Source: the human T2T-CHM13v2.0 reference genome, Homo sapiens. From it: a DNA stretch of 64,000 nt. This document shows positions 12,956 through 27,385 of the stretch, piece by piece; position 1 is the first letter of the stretch, and every line of letters starts with the position of its first letter. A program made the position numbers and the translations under genes. A model generated the notes under the pieces. The model saw only the letters and a list, made by a program, of their open reading frames with translations, did not search any database and was not told the DNA's origin. Location: the NCBI RefSeq assembly GCF_009914755.1, contig NC_060947.1. One strand, given 5' to 3'.

Positions 12956-15159
12956 TATCTTAGGTGAAAGTATTGTAATAGCACCCACTGCTGTCAATTT
13001 TTTTCATTAACTTTTGTGTTGTTTAAAACACTGTGTTTCAATACTTTTTTAAGTGTTTTTAATTCTTTAGAAAGACAATTCCACTGGAATACCTTGATCT
13101 CTTACTTCATAGAGGAAAAGTAGAGGAAAGAAAAAGCTTGTGCCTCTTTACTGGTACCCCCAACAATGTCTGTCTTTGTGGGGTGAGAACTGATGTCATC
13201 TTTGGCAGCTATATGGCTGATACTGTTCTGTGAGATTGCAACATATCCAGCACATGCCTGATAGGAAACCCTTTTCCAAATAGTAAACAACCCTTCACAA
13301 GGCAGCTCTGCCAAAGCTATGTATTGCCATTCAACAGAAGATCAACAGGACAGTCCTTTTCTCTTTACTTTAAAAAGCATATGCCTTTAATGATGTGTTA
13401 TCGTTCAAGCCATCTGCAGATGTACTGTCCATCCAAATTGCCAGGGTTAAATTGTTGATTATTAGAAATTGTTGTGATTGTCTGATTATGCTTGTGTCAT
13501 AAAATGACTATTTTCTGTCACAATTTGACGAGCCCCTGCTTTAGAATAGCAATACAACACATTTTACCCATTTGCAGGTATTTCAAGTATTAAATTGGAT
13601 GAATCTTTTTAATTTTCTTCTACTGAATTGAGTTCAAGTGAATTTGATAGGATTATTAGAGCGGCTAGTGTCTGGAATAACAATGATGACTTACAGAAGG
13701 AGCCAGCAGGGCTGATGTTATTGACGAAGAGATACTTTAGACCCTTTATTTGTCAGCAGGGAGCCCTGCTCTGTGGTTCCTCTATGAGTCCTTCCCTGTG
13801 TACGGTGCCCGCCTGTTTTACTTTGAAGGCACTAAATGCATCTTTTCAATCAATATTCAATTATATAAGACAAGGAATGCTGGTTAAGTAACCATGCCTA
13901 TCTGTCAAGGAAATGCATTTCTCCAAATAATTTGTCAGGGCTTCTGGGTTAGTTCATCTTTCCTACCTCTGGTTGAGTACTTGCCCAGTTACACTTGTCG
14001 AACACGTGCTTTACCTTCCTGCACAGAGTCTCCTTTGGTGGCGTGTTTCTTGCTTTTCTTCTGGAAACACCCTTCTCAGCTCCATTCCTTGCAGTATTTG
14101 ACTCTCGCTACCCAGGAAACCAGAGAACATTCTTCCTAGTTTCACTTCATTTTCTTGCCTTCTCATATAGGCCACTGCCAATCAGCTGCCTCATTTAAAT
14201 CCTGCAGTGTATGTTTATATTGGTCTTACCTTGTCCTTTCTTCCTAAATAAACCTGGGGAGCTTTGGTCATGTTCATTTTTCAACAAACCTGACTAGGTA
14301 TTCTAATTTCGTAAATTAACCATCATTCTTGTTTTATTCCACTGGAAATTGACTTAACATATTATTCACTTTGGCCCAATCTGCCAGGCAGGCATGAGGA
14401 TATTGCTTTCTAAGCTACCTTCTAATTGAAGAAATATGAAGATTTCACAGGTCAACACATAGGCAGTGTGAACTGGGGAGCTTTTAGCATATTAATTGGG
14501 CTCTGAATAATTCACTATAGTTAATGAAAGTTGTGCTTGTTATCTAAGATATATGGAGGGCACTGCTGTACCTTTCGTAGGACAATTCAAAAAAACAAAA
14601 TAAAACATTAATGTAAAATAGATAAGCAATGCATAAATGGGTTGCAGCTCATATTATAAGAGTTTTGAATTCATTTTATTTCATTCCCATACTTCTCAAC
14701 CAATCCAGCTACACCCACATCTTATTTAATTGACAGATTTGGACTGTCTTGCTGGCTAGGAGGATAAAGGCAACAAACTTTCTGACTGATCCTGGATTTT
14801 CCTCAAGAGCAAGTTTCCTTAGTTATTGGTGTGTCCTCTGGGTATCCTGCTTCCTGAATTCCACCTTTGATCCTCCTGGTTCTTAACCATCCATGTTGTC
14901 TTCAGAGTCTGCTTGTCTGCTCATTCCTGTTAATTTTTTTTTAACTTGATCTTCAATTGTGAGTCTTCTCACTTCCTGCCTGTTCTAACTTGGGCTCAAC
15001 CTTGACCCCAGTCTTCAGCTCTGCAGGTGGGAGATGTATGGAATAACTGAAGTACTCCACACGGTGTTCCTGCTTATAACACAAAAGCCATTGTCATTTG
15101 ACAAACAGATGATAAAGAATCTATTGTTATTATTTTTACTTTTTACCTCATTATTACTA

Positions 15160-15375
15160 GTATTAGAAAATGCTTTACTAAGCTTTTGCCAAATATTAGA
15201 CCGTGTGCTGGGAGTTCTACGTGTCATATCTCTTTTAAGCCTCACATCATTTACAGAGGAGGCACTGAGAGGCTGTGTTGCCTCCCCTGGCCACATACTT
15301 ATTAAATGAAGGGGTAAGAATTTGAATCCTGACAGTCTGACTGCCTAGCATGTGCCTTTATATTTGATGCTGTAT
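15160..15375 (-). mobile_element. MIR
   Basis: Contains atttacagaggaggcactgag ... gaatttgaatcctgacagtctgact. Confidence 0.7.
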
Positions 15376-15945
15376 CACACTAAATTAACACCCCATAGAT
15401 CCATTCTTAAATACAAAAATCTATATCCTCAGACTTTCAGGGTGTTAACTTTGCACTGTAAGTTGGAGTCTTTACATTTTAAACAAATTTCTTACTTTCT
15501 GTTTGTTTTGGATTGTCATTGCTTATTTTTTACTTAGGAGTATAAAAATAAGATAGTGAAAGTTTGGACAACCTTACATACCTTTATCATCTTCAGAAGT
15601 CCGATTTTTAATGATACGTTAAAATAGTCACATGTAATCATTCATTCTACAAATTCAGCAACTGTTTGCTGAGTATCTACTGTATACTAGCAATGATGGA
15701 AGGCACTGGGGATGTAATGGTGAACAAAAAGGAGTCTCTTCTTCTATAGAGTTTACACATGTAAGCTGGGCATTGGCCCAGCCATGAAGAGTAAGAAACA
15801 ACTTATGGGAATTTGTTGAGCTTCAAGTTAAACTCTGTTAAAAACAAACAAACCAGAAATATATATGTAGAGTGTTTAATGTGTTCTGTGGCTCTCAATA
15901 AATGATGGCGTTGAAAAATAAAATGTAGGTAATTTGATTTAATAT

Positions 15946-15979
15946 TCAATCAGATGCTTGCATCAATCAGATGCTTGCA
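15946..15979. repeat. Perfect 17-bp tandem duplication
   Basis: tcaatcagatgcttgca twice, exact. Confidence 0.95.
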
Positions 15980-16029
15980 AACAGGGTATAACAAGATAAT
16001 ACTATGATATTTCTTGGAAGGTAATTTAA

Positions 16030-17620
16030 ATTTCAGTTTAAATATTTTATTCAGCTTATTTATCGCTATGTAATTATACATAAATATATAACTTGAATCA
16101 TAATATTCTAGTTTTACTTTTCTTGCTTCCTATTGGGCTTCTCCCTCTCCATCCCTTTCCCTCTTGATGCAAACCAGCCATCCCTTGCAGTCACCCCCAA
16201 CAATATCAAAGTGTGTGTACTTTCATTTTTCCTCCCTATGTTCTTATATTTCTATTTAGGAATTACAGCCACACACACAAATACAGGGTTTTATTATGTC
16301 TTAGAAAAATTTAATTATCAATATTGGTGTTTCTGCATCTTGCTTTTATTAATAACACTCAATAATGAGTCATAGATAAGTTGTTAATTGGTATAAAAAT
16401 ACAGTTAGAAGGAATAAATTTTAGCATTTGATAGAGTATGGAAATTATAGTTAATAATTTATAATATATTTCAAAATAGGTATAAGAGGAGGAGCATAAT
16501 GCTCCCAACACAAAGAAAAGATAAATGTTTCAGGTGATGGATATTCCAATTAACCTGATTTGATCATTACACATTGTATACAGGTATCAAAGTATCACAT
16601 GTAGCCCCTGACATCTGTACAACTATGATATGTCAACAAAGACATACAAAAATTTCACATTACTTTTGTATTAAATAAGTATAATTTTATAAGTAAAAAA
16701 AATAGTCATTGAATCTGTCTAACTAAACAGACATAGCTCTGTTTTCTTTTTCCTAATAGGTGCCTAATATTCCAGCTGAAGTGGCATAATTTATTTTGTT
16801 TTACCCTATTTGCCACAGGCACATTGCTCCCAGGCTTTGGCATTACAAATATTGCTGCAGTAAACATCCTTAAATATATGTCCTTAAATAATTGTGTATC
16901 TGTGGAATAGATTCCAAAGCATGAGCATGATTGGGTAAAGAAGATGAGTCTTAAAATTTTAAATAGATGTTGAGAGATTGCTTTAAAAGAAGAAAAGATG
17001 TCTCAATTTTGTTTTTACAAGTATATGCGGACATTTCACATGTTGTAGATTGATCAGTTGTTGTTACTTTTAATTTGCCTAATGACTTGTACATTGGACT
17101 TTTTTTTGATAAGTTGCTTGGCTTTTAAATTTTCTCTTCTGTAAATTATCCAATTTAAATATCCTGCCAGTTTTTTTCTATTGTACTATTTATTCTCTTG
17201 TCAATTTGTAAGTATATTTTATATATTGTGGATATTAACCCTATGTGTTTTCTGCATTTCAAATTATTTTTCAAATCTAGCATTGCCTTGAATTTTTTAA
17301 TGATGTTTTCCATAAATAAACATTTAAAGATTTTTGTATAGTAAATTTGTCTGTTTTAGGCATCTACCATCTTGTTTAAGATGGATTTTCTTGTCTCTTA
17401 GATTTTATGTCTTGTTTTCTAGAATTTTTAAAAACATATGTAATCTTTTAATATTTTTAAAAATTTGTAAGCCTTTGATAGATCAGGATTTTTAAAAACT
17501 TGATTTAAAATAGAGTTACTCTTTAAATTTCCTCCAGATGGAAGGACAGTTGTGATACAATGATTTAAAGCATAATTTATCATGTTCCCACAAAATTTAA
17601 GATTGTTTATTAAAAGTACC
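16030..17620 (-). mobile_element. Old L1ME-type fragment carrying a nested L1MA 3' end
   Basis: Degenerate antisense L1M motifs (gctgcagtaaacatcctt, ggatattaacccta). Confidence 0.55.
16378..16703 (+). mobile_element. L1MA4/5-like 3' end
   Basis: Contains cccaacacaaagaaaagataaatgtttcaggtgatggata...tgatcattacacattgta and an A-rich tail. Confidence 0.8.
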
Positions 17621-17809
17621 CCCTCTTTTTATAGATACAAAAATATCTTCATATAAATATTTGATCAAGTTGTCATTCATACATTCAACAAATATTAAGT
17701 ACCTCCTGTTTTCCTGGAATTCTGAAAGAAGCATAGGGGTGGGGGAAGCACAATCTTGAAATGGCCACTGCTTTTTAGAGATACAGCATTCAATTTTGAT
17801 AACAGTGGT

Positions 17810-17970
17810 GGGTCCAGAAATCTCAAAAGGCTGAAATCTGTTGATGGCTCTGTCACTAAGAGTATGACAGGTTTCTGACACTCAACAGTGCTGGGTTTTA
17901 GTTTCATCTGAAACAAAATGAGGAAGTTATGTCCAATGATCTCCAAAGCCTTTTCTAGTCCTCAAACATG
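17810..17970 (+). mobile_element. MIR3/MIRc-like fragment
   Basis: Contains ttagtttcatctgaaacaaaatgagg ... atgatctccaaagccttttctag. Confidence 0.5.
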
Positions 17971-20299
17971 ACAGCAGCTGTTCAATCTCTTCTACTACCC
18001 AGCTATTTAAAGTTATCTTCTGCCAAAACAAGCAAAAGCTCATAGCTGAGAGAGAATGAATGAATACAAATAAATGAATATGAATATGTAAATTGGATAG
18101 ACTGAACTCAGCCAATCTGAAATAAAGGTGAAAGTGATTTGGTGATCAAGCTCTATGTCATCTTCCTTCTCTGAATTATGGTGATGGGACAGGGGTTTGA
18201 AAACTCACTTTAATGAAAGAGGTGAATCACTCCATGGCTGAAAACAGATAACAAATTACTTGAGAAAACTGGCACCATGACATTTTGCAGGTAATTAAGC
18301 ATTCACCTTCCCTGAGCTCTCACCTTGACCCCTGAAGAGATATTCAGGATTTAATCACAATATATACATTATGTGTAGATTAACCAAATTTTAAAATTGC
18401 CATTCTTAATTTAGTAGTAATTTGTTAGATTATTCTGGTTCAAATCACCTCAATAATATCGACTTTAATTAAAATAATCAGTATAATCACAATGATTCAT
18501 TTTAGTGCTTTTGTTTTATATAAAAATCTGTGAAAACTTTCTTCTTTTTGGAAGACAATTTAAAAAAATAGGCTACCTGTCTTAATGTATATAACAAGTT
18601 AAGTGTAAAATCCTTTACAGGTACATATTCTTTGTAATTTATGTCTAGCATAGTCATATATTTGAAATCGAGTTAGCCATTGAAATGAAGGAAGAACTTT
18701 GTCATGCAAAGCCATTGAAACAACATACAAAAATAAGTTGAAGTTTTTATAAGTGACCATTCGTGGTCATCTTATATGTTTGAATTAAGGAAACAAACTG
18801 AAATAGCCAAGTAGATAAAGGAAGAGCTTGCCTGGCATGCAAAGCTAGAGAATACTACACAGAAAGAAGTTCAAGCACAGAAATTACAGTTCATGGGAAT
18901 GTCAGAATACAAATTCTGTCCTCACAATCTCTTTTATTCGGTGAGTTTACCAGTTTTAAAGCATTAATGAAATTATTTCAGGTAATTACTGTTTTACTCC
19001 CATTTTTATTGTCTGGTGTCTCTTTAGCACAACCCATTGAATCATTCTTTCATCTTAAGTCACTATTCATAAATGCACATGCAACAGATGGTTTATATTA
19101 GATCATGTGATCCTTTGAGCCAGAGAATGAATTTCTATTTGGGTTTCATTCGAAATTATCTACCTCAGAGATAACTGAAACCTAACTTGATAGTATTCCC
19201 TGTATTCTATTTAATACTTTAAAAGAGTATGCTTTCTGTTTTTCTGGTTGTGTAAAATACACCTTGAACACATTCAGCAGACTGCTATGTACAAAGAAAG
19301 TGTTCAATAGGTGTGTCTGCTGCCGTTTTAAATTTGGGTGTTAGATATTCTAGGTTTCATCAAAATAAGGCATTGTTTCAAGTTGTTTCCACAATAAGAG
19401 CATATATGCACAGGCAAAACATATTTTGAAATGGATAAATGGATACATATGGATATGGGTGATATTTCTTAATAGCGTAGCTGGATTGACTCAGGCAGAC
19501 CCTTCAGCCAGACGTTTTCTTTGAACTGGATCGTCTCTCCTGTAGCAGAGGACTCCAGCCAATGAAGTTAATTAGTGCCAGATTAAGATGGTCTCAGCAG
19601 GTGGCTGCTTCAGACTCTCTCTCTCCTCTGTTTGTTGAAGCCTCATCGTTGGAGAAGGGCTTGAGTAGTCTTGTGTTACTGACAGCTGTCTACTGTTAAT
19701 GGACCATATGCAATGATGGTAAAGTTGCCATCAACTGTTGATGAACCATATGTAAATGGTGAACAGAGTAGCAGATGAATACTTAGAAACAACGAAAGGC
19801 CTTCACTGCTGGACTGAGAGTCAGAACCTTAAAATGATTTTAAGAAAAGGTTGCTAAAACTATGTCATGATCATTATACCTTTACTGCACACACCCTCTG
19901 TCACTCAGTTTGAGGATCTAAGACAGATATGCCAATGGAAAGATTATTGTCTTAGGTCTTACAAAACCTGACATAGAAGGCTATAATACCCCACAGAGAC
20001 ATGATTTTTCAGTTTCATTAATGAAAAGAAAATTAATAATAGCAAATTAATCACTAAGCTCAACCATTTTGAAAAGTTAAAAGTATTATTTAAGGGAACA
20101 TACGTAGAAGAAATTCATTATCAAATGAAGAGTATGGGAGGACTTTTTTTTGAAAGGCAGTTTGATTCTACAGGGATGCCCTTTACTTTCTGTTAAGAGT
20201 ATGATGTTCTATAAGCTGAGATGGGGAAGAAGTAGCTACTTAATTTACAGAGAGGTGATTAAAGATTATATACAATGAACATCCTCTTAAAGTAATATA

Positions 20300-20500
20300 A
20301 TAATGATAATTGCCAATATAATAGCTAGGTATTTTGGATGTCCTACTCATTTCATCCACTCATCATTCTTATGAAGCAGATACTATCATTATCTTTATTT
20401 TATAGATGAGGGAAACTGTAGCCTAAAGAAATTAAGTAACTTGCTCAAGATTACGCAGCTGAGGGTTTTAACCTCAGTCTGTCTCTGGAACCTCTACTCT
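20300..20500 (-). mobile_element. MIR, target of the adjacent L1PA insertion
   Basis: Contains ttttatagatgagggaaactg...ttaagtaacttgctcaagatta. Confidence 0.8.
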
Positions 20501-20501
20501 T

Positions 20502-21152
20502 TTTTTTTTTTTAATTTTACTTTAAGTTCTGGGATACATGTGCAAAACGTGCAGGTTTGTTACATAGGTATACATGTGCCATGGTGGTTTGCTGCACCTA
20601 TCAACCTGTCATCTAGGTTTTAAGCCCCGCATGCATTAGTTATTTGTCCTGATGCTCTTCTTCCCCTTTGCCTCCCACCCTCCGACAGGCCCCAGTGTGT
20701 GATGTTCCCCTCCCTGTATCCACATGTTCTCATTGTTCAGTTCCCACTTACGAGTGAGAACATGCGGTGTTTGATTTTCTGTTCCTGTGTTAGTTTGCTA
20801 AGAATGATGGTTTCCAGCTTCATCCATGTCCCTGCAAAGGACATGAACTCATTCTTTTTTATGGCTACATAGTTTTCCATGGTGTATATGTGCCACATTT
20901 TCTTTATCCAGTCTATCATTGATGGGCATTAGGGTTGGTTCCAAGTCTTTGCTATTGTGAGTGGTGCTGAAATAAACATATGCGTGCATGTGTCTTTATA
21001 GTAGAATGTTTTATAATCCTTTGGGTATATACCCAGTAGTAGGATTGCTGGGTCAAATGGTATTTCTGGTTCTGGATCCTTGAGGAATCTCCACATTGTC
21101 TTCCACAATGGTTGAACTAATTTACACTCCCACCAACAATGTAAAAGCGTTC
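20502..21152 (-). mobile_element. 5'-truncated L1PA (PA7/8-like), ~650 bp
   Basis: Poly-T, ORF2 C-terminus MIDWIKKMWHIYTME, exact 13-bp TSD aacctctactctt (20489-20501 / 21153-21165), and a TCTT/AA endonuclease-type site. Confidence 0.95.
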
Positions 21153-23119
21153 AACCTCTACTCTTAAGTTATGCTCTAAACTGGGTACGGTTAGTTTAAA
21201 GGTGAAGTGATTTTGCCCCATTTGGACCTTATTTCCAATAATTGGACCAGTTATTCAAGTGACATCCATGGAACATGGTATATGTTTGCTAACTCATTTT
21301 TTGAGGTAAGAATAACTGAATAAATGGGTAAAATATATGTGTAAGGAAGCTATTGTTATTGCATTGTTATGCCACAGGGGGCAGTTATTTTCCTGCCATG
21401 ATACTGATGAGAGATTAATTTTACTCTTTGTAAAATGTAAGAAATTACAAGAATACTGCAAAGCTGTTTTGCAAACTCCATAAAGCAACATATGTTAAGT
21501 GTCTTGACTGCAGAAGAAAGTTGTTATACACCTAAATTTTATTGAGTCTGATTCTCTGATTTCCATTTTAGAAATAAAATGTGTAAATCTAAAGACAAAA
21601 ATCCTTTATGCAGGAGTTAGAAATTATTACTCTTGGCCATCCTGCTTACAGCCCATGTAGGAAGAGATTCAGCACCCAAAAACTTCCTCCTTACGGCTTT
21701 ATCTGTGGCTTTTAAGATCAGAACCATGTGTCAAAGTCTAGTGATCTTGTTACTTTTCTACAGAAAAGTTATACAGCAGAAAACGTAGGAGGGTAATTTA
21801 AATGAGGTTAGAAAGGGAAGATAATTAAAGAAAATCTAATGATTTACTAAAATGAAGGCATAATTTACAACATGTATTATACATCAAATACCTTTAGGTT
21901 AATAAAATAAAGCAAGACATACTTATTTTCAAATAACCATTCTATACTACTTCTGCCTATATTATAGGAGTTTTACCAGGCTCTCGTATCTGACAGTGAA
22001 ATGATGCTCATGGACTAAAGTCTTGTATTGAGAGTTTGGAGGCTGTGGTGCTAGATTTCCTTTTACTATAGTAACTTGTTTTGTGATACTTGCTAAGTCA
22101 CGTAAAAAGTTGACCTTTAGACATTCCTTCTATGTAACTGGTTTAGAATCCATGACCTCAACATTTTTTGTTAGTTATGTTGTGTTTTTAATGCTACAAA
22201 ATGCTATGATTCAGGGTCAATGGGATCTTCAAATATTTAGTTATTAACTCAGCTTAAGCAAAGACTGTATTCATAAATTGTATATAATATTAGTAGAAAT
22301 TTAAATACAATTGTAAAAATGAAAACAATTGAAAAATACTTAAAACATTTATTACAAAGGTGTTTTTCAAGGTTATGATGGCACAATTACACAGATTGGA
22401 AGAACTATAATTGGCACTTTCAACTTTAAGAATACTTTCAATACAACTGACAGGTTTTCAAAAGGAAGAAACTCCAATACATCAAGAAACCATTGACCTT
22501 TTCAAGTAATCATTTCCATGCTAGTGTTAACAAAAGAAACATTTCAAATGCATAATCTCATCGTGTAGTTTTTAGAGAACTGTTGCCTAAGTCACTGTTA
22601 ATGTAAAATAAAGTCAGAATGCTTTTGACTTGATGCTGAAATATGTTGGATTTCAGCAAGTCTTTAAAAAAATATTTTCCCACTTGTATTATTGATGAAA
22701 ATAAGATGATCGTAGACACACCATTCACCCATTTAGTGACATTTCACATAATTGTTTAACATGTTTTTCCTGTATTTATTGTTTCCACTGTTTTACTTCC
22801 ATGTTGTGTTTTTTTTTTACTTGAAATGAAGACTGTAGCTTCAAACATTCAAAATGGAATTGAGACCTAAACTATTCTACCTAATGGTGGAGGCTCAAAG
22901 CTGATTATTTGAAGTATCTGAATAATCTTCTCAGTTCTTATCATAATAAGACTGTCCAAGAATGCAGATTGACATTGATCAGTTGTGAGTCTCTTCCTTA
23001 TGCCCAATTCTCTTGCCCTTGCATCAGACAAGCTAAACTTTGGATACTTGTACACAACTAGTTTCAGTTTTGGTGGTTAGCTTTCAGGAAGTTAAGAAGA
23101 TAGAGTTCTTATGAAAGCA

Positions 23120-23315
23120 AGCTAGGAAGTCTTACTTTCTACCTGTGTGGCCCTGGGCAAGTTACTTGGCAGATTTTAAGGCCAGTTTCCTCAGTAGGCT
23201 TAATGATATTGCCTACATCATTAAGTTGATGTGAATATTTCTGGAGCGAATCCATGTGAAAATGGTTAATCCACTGCCTCACATTTAGTAAACTATTCAA
23301 TAAATGTCAGTCATT
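23120..23315 (+). mobile_element. MIR
   Basis: Contains ctgtgtggccctgggcaagttactt ... cagtttcctca ... tcaataaatg. Confidence 0.7.
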
Positions 23316-24379
23316 CTGATGATATAGATGATTATTGATGATGATGATGATGGCAGTGAAGATGATAATTTCAGAGAAGATTTTATCTGTGCAGTTCTTG
23401 TAGTATCATTCTTAACCTCTCTTGAAAAAGCATAGGTTCCATTGTATAATTACAGATTCTGGGACAGAAAATTAATGGAACAGGCTTTTGTAGGGGATGT
23501 GCAGTTATTTTCTCAAGTCCCCAACCCCCTAAAGAATATCTGATTTTTAAGAGATCAGAGTGATAATCACCCCAAAGTTGGTCACAGTCTACTAGCAAAT
23601 CTCACAATCATTGCTAAACAATTGCAACACCTCTGTACCACTCTTTTTTCTGTTATTAGCAAATCACAGTTCTCCCATTAGTGAGAGCAAACATCAAAAT
23701 CGCCTTACATGTCTACTCTAAAGCAAAGCACTTTGCTGATCTTTTCAAAAGAAAAGACTGGGTGCTTCTGGAATACTATCTTTTGTCTACTACATGAATA
23801 CATGTCATTACCACTAGTCTTTCTCTAATTTTTATTTTTCCAGGACCTCCTATCCTGCCTCCCACATTTCCTACCTAGCTTGCTCTCTTTTCTGTTCATT
23901 TGAGTTTCCACATGCTTCAAAGACCTTAGGCTATGAGTGGTAGAGGCTGTGAAGCCTTACCTAATAGCAAAAGTGGGGAAATGGAGTATATAATTGGATA
24001 TCCAAAACCAATTATTATGATCAATTCTTTGCATGAAATAATAGGCAACACTCAGATGAAAAGTATCCTAGTATCAAATATTCCATACATATAGATTCTT
24101 GCATGTTTTAACCCTTATTTATTTATACCTTGAGATAGCTCTAAGCCTTCTCCAGTCTATTAAACTATGGCAACTAATATCACTTGTACATTTGTTTTCC
24201 ATCAGGGAATTACATATATCTAATTATAATCTCCCTTTTTTTTCATTTTTCTCCAACCTTAGGGAATCATAGTTTCTTTTCTTTTCTTTTCCCTCTTTCT
24301 ATTCCCAATTTCATCACGTTCCCTCAGAATAGTATTACTTCCACATCTGCATATATTTTTATTCATTAATTCATTTAAA

Positions 24380-24384
24380 ACACA

Positions 24385-24424
<40 letters not shown>

Positions 24425-24435
24425 TGCACACACAC
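24380..24435. repeat. (CA)n microsatellite
   Basis: Interrupted CA tract, seen directly. Confidence 0.95.
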
Positions 24436-24760
24436 CCACAGTTTCTTCATGTATCAGAAAACTATAGTAGATTTTGGAGATCCAGAAGCAATTCCAACAT
24501 AAAGGTCACTTCTCTCATGAAACTTATATTCAAGCGGGTAAGTAGATCATAAGGTAAAAGCAATTGATAAGCCCTAACAATAAACATTACAAGGAGATTA
24601 ACATCAATTATGGTGATGTAATGGAGAGTGGCTAGATAGGCAAGGTTTTTCTGGGGAGATCATATTTGAGCCCAGACCTGAATAAGAAAGCATCAGACAA
24701 GGAAAGATATAGGGAAGAAATACAAAGTCTCTCTGGCAGCGGCAAGTTGGCAGGTTTGAG

Positions 24761-24762
<2 letters not shown>

Positions 24763-24814
<52 letters not shown>
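24763..24814. repeat. (CA)n fused to a poly-A run
   Basis: About 18 CA units followed immediately by an A run. Confidence 0.95.
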
Positions 24815-24815
<1 letters not shown>

Positions 24816-26052
24816 CTGTGACTGGAGCATGACAGGCAAGAGTAAGAATGAGACAATACTGGGATGGAGAAGTAGTCATAGGACAGATCATATTGGGCAT
24901 TGGCAGTGAACTTGCATTTTGTTCTAAATATAATAGGAATCCATTGGAAGGTTGTAAGTAGGATGTGTGATATGGTTTGATTTGCCATTTTAGTTTGCCA
25001 CTTTGACTGCTTTTGGAAAATGTTTTGTAGCAAGTCATAGTGGGTATAGTGAGATGTGTGGTTGGACGTTGTTACAATTCTTTTGGATTGTTCTAAGATG
25101 GTGACATTGTAATTAAAGAGAAATTGACAAATTCAGGATATATTTTGGCAACAGAGGCAGTGAGACTAGCAGATAGTCCCATTGTTTGTAATCTAATAGA
25201 ATTACCCTAATTATATTTGACAAATCTGACCACAGTGCCTGGGACAAATGTGAATCAGGGATTGGGAAATTAAGTACTGAGTGGAAATTCTAACCATAAA
25301 AAAAGAGAAAAAACAGTGTAGTCAACCTTAAAAACATTTAAAATTGTTCATAAATCCCCTTCAAAATGTCTGCAAGACTTTCCATCAGACCTACCGGTGT
25401 CTTTTAAATAGGCTTTTCTGTAAAAACAAATTATTCATATTTTGAAAAGAGGAATTCTTTTTCCATTCCTAAAATACATAATTAGATACAAAATAGGTAA
25501 AGAAACTAGCAACGTGCACATGTGAATTAGGCACCATAATAGACGTTGTAATATAAATATAGTGTACATTCCTCATACTCAAGGATTTCATATTCCAGTG
25601 GAGTGGCCAACATGTAAACAACAATACAAACATCCCAATGCATCTCAGAGGGTGGATATAATTGCTCATGAAATTCTGCTCAAGGATGTCTTTCTAGAAA
25701 CCGGTATTTATCACTGATGACTGTAGGCACATGAATTCCAAAGAAAAGGCCCAACATGGACCACTCTATGCGTATATGGCATGCTGTATATCAGAATTAT
25801 CCAGTAGCTACAACTAGTAAAATTGTGATAAATTAATAAATGAAGTGATGAAAGAGTTGAGATGTGGCTTGCTGTGTAGGCTGCAAAAGATTCTGAAAAG
25901 CCCAGGTGCTGTGGTCAAACGTTTTTGATGTATTTGAACCTGTAAAGTGCCATACTGTTTTTCTCAGTGGCTGCATCATTTTATATTGCTACCAGCAAGG
26001 CACAGGGTTCCAATTGCTCCATGTCCTTGATGACACTTGTTATTTTCTATTA

Positions 26053-26748
<696 letters not shown>

Positions 26749-27057
26749 TACTTTGATAATAGCCACCCAAATGGGCATGAAGTATCTGTTAAGTGTTTTA
26801 AATTATGTACCAGATTTGCAAATATGGTGTACGTTTTTGGGGGCCAGATGCACAAATGTGAATCAGGATTGATAACACAAGTAAAAGTGAAAAGAAATGA
26901 CTGTCTTCATAAATAATTCGCTCATCTAAAAAATATTATTGTTATGTTTGTACAAGGCACTACGTTAGCCTCAATGTATACATTAGTTAGCAAACAGAAC
27001 CTGTCAAGTCCAGTGGGGGATTATGGGCATTTGTTAACTAACTACATGAATATATAG

Positions 27058-27385
27058 TGTGGCAGATGCTCTTGGTGCCCATCCACATGCCTTTGGCAGT
27101 GTAAAGCAAAGGCTGTTTACTTCGAACGCCTGTGAATCTCTGCCTGAGGGGTTTTGTTCCTGGTAATTACAACATACTTGGCCCACGCAAGGGGTAAGCC
27201 CTCCATGCTGAGGCATTTATATTCCTGGGAGAAGCCCTCAAGCAATGATGGATGAGAAATGGTAAATAAATAGTTCAGTTTCTTTGTCCCTCATTTGGGA
27301 TACCTCTGAGATGTGTTCTATATTTTCTCCCAGAGCTCCATAGCAGGATTAAGCTCTAATTGCTCATGGTGCTAACATACTTGTG
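27058..27385 (+). mobile_element. ERVL LTR16-like fragment
   Basis: Starts tgtggcagatgctcttggtgccc and contains gaagccctcaagcaatgatggatgagaaatggtaaataaata. Confidence 0.6.

Larger units (their letters stand above)
24360..25175 (-). mobile_element. L2 with two embedded (CA)n tracts
   Basis: Antisense L2 motifs (ccattggaaggttgtaag, ttcaggatatattttgg). Confidence 0.65.

Noticed and set aside
24604-25038. Overlapping 133-144 aa ORFs with CVCV runs
   Set aside because: These come from (CA)n and L2 sequence.
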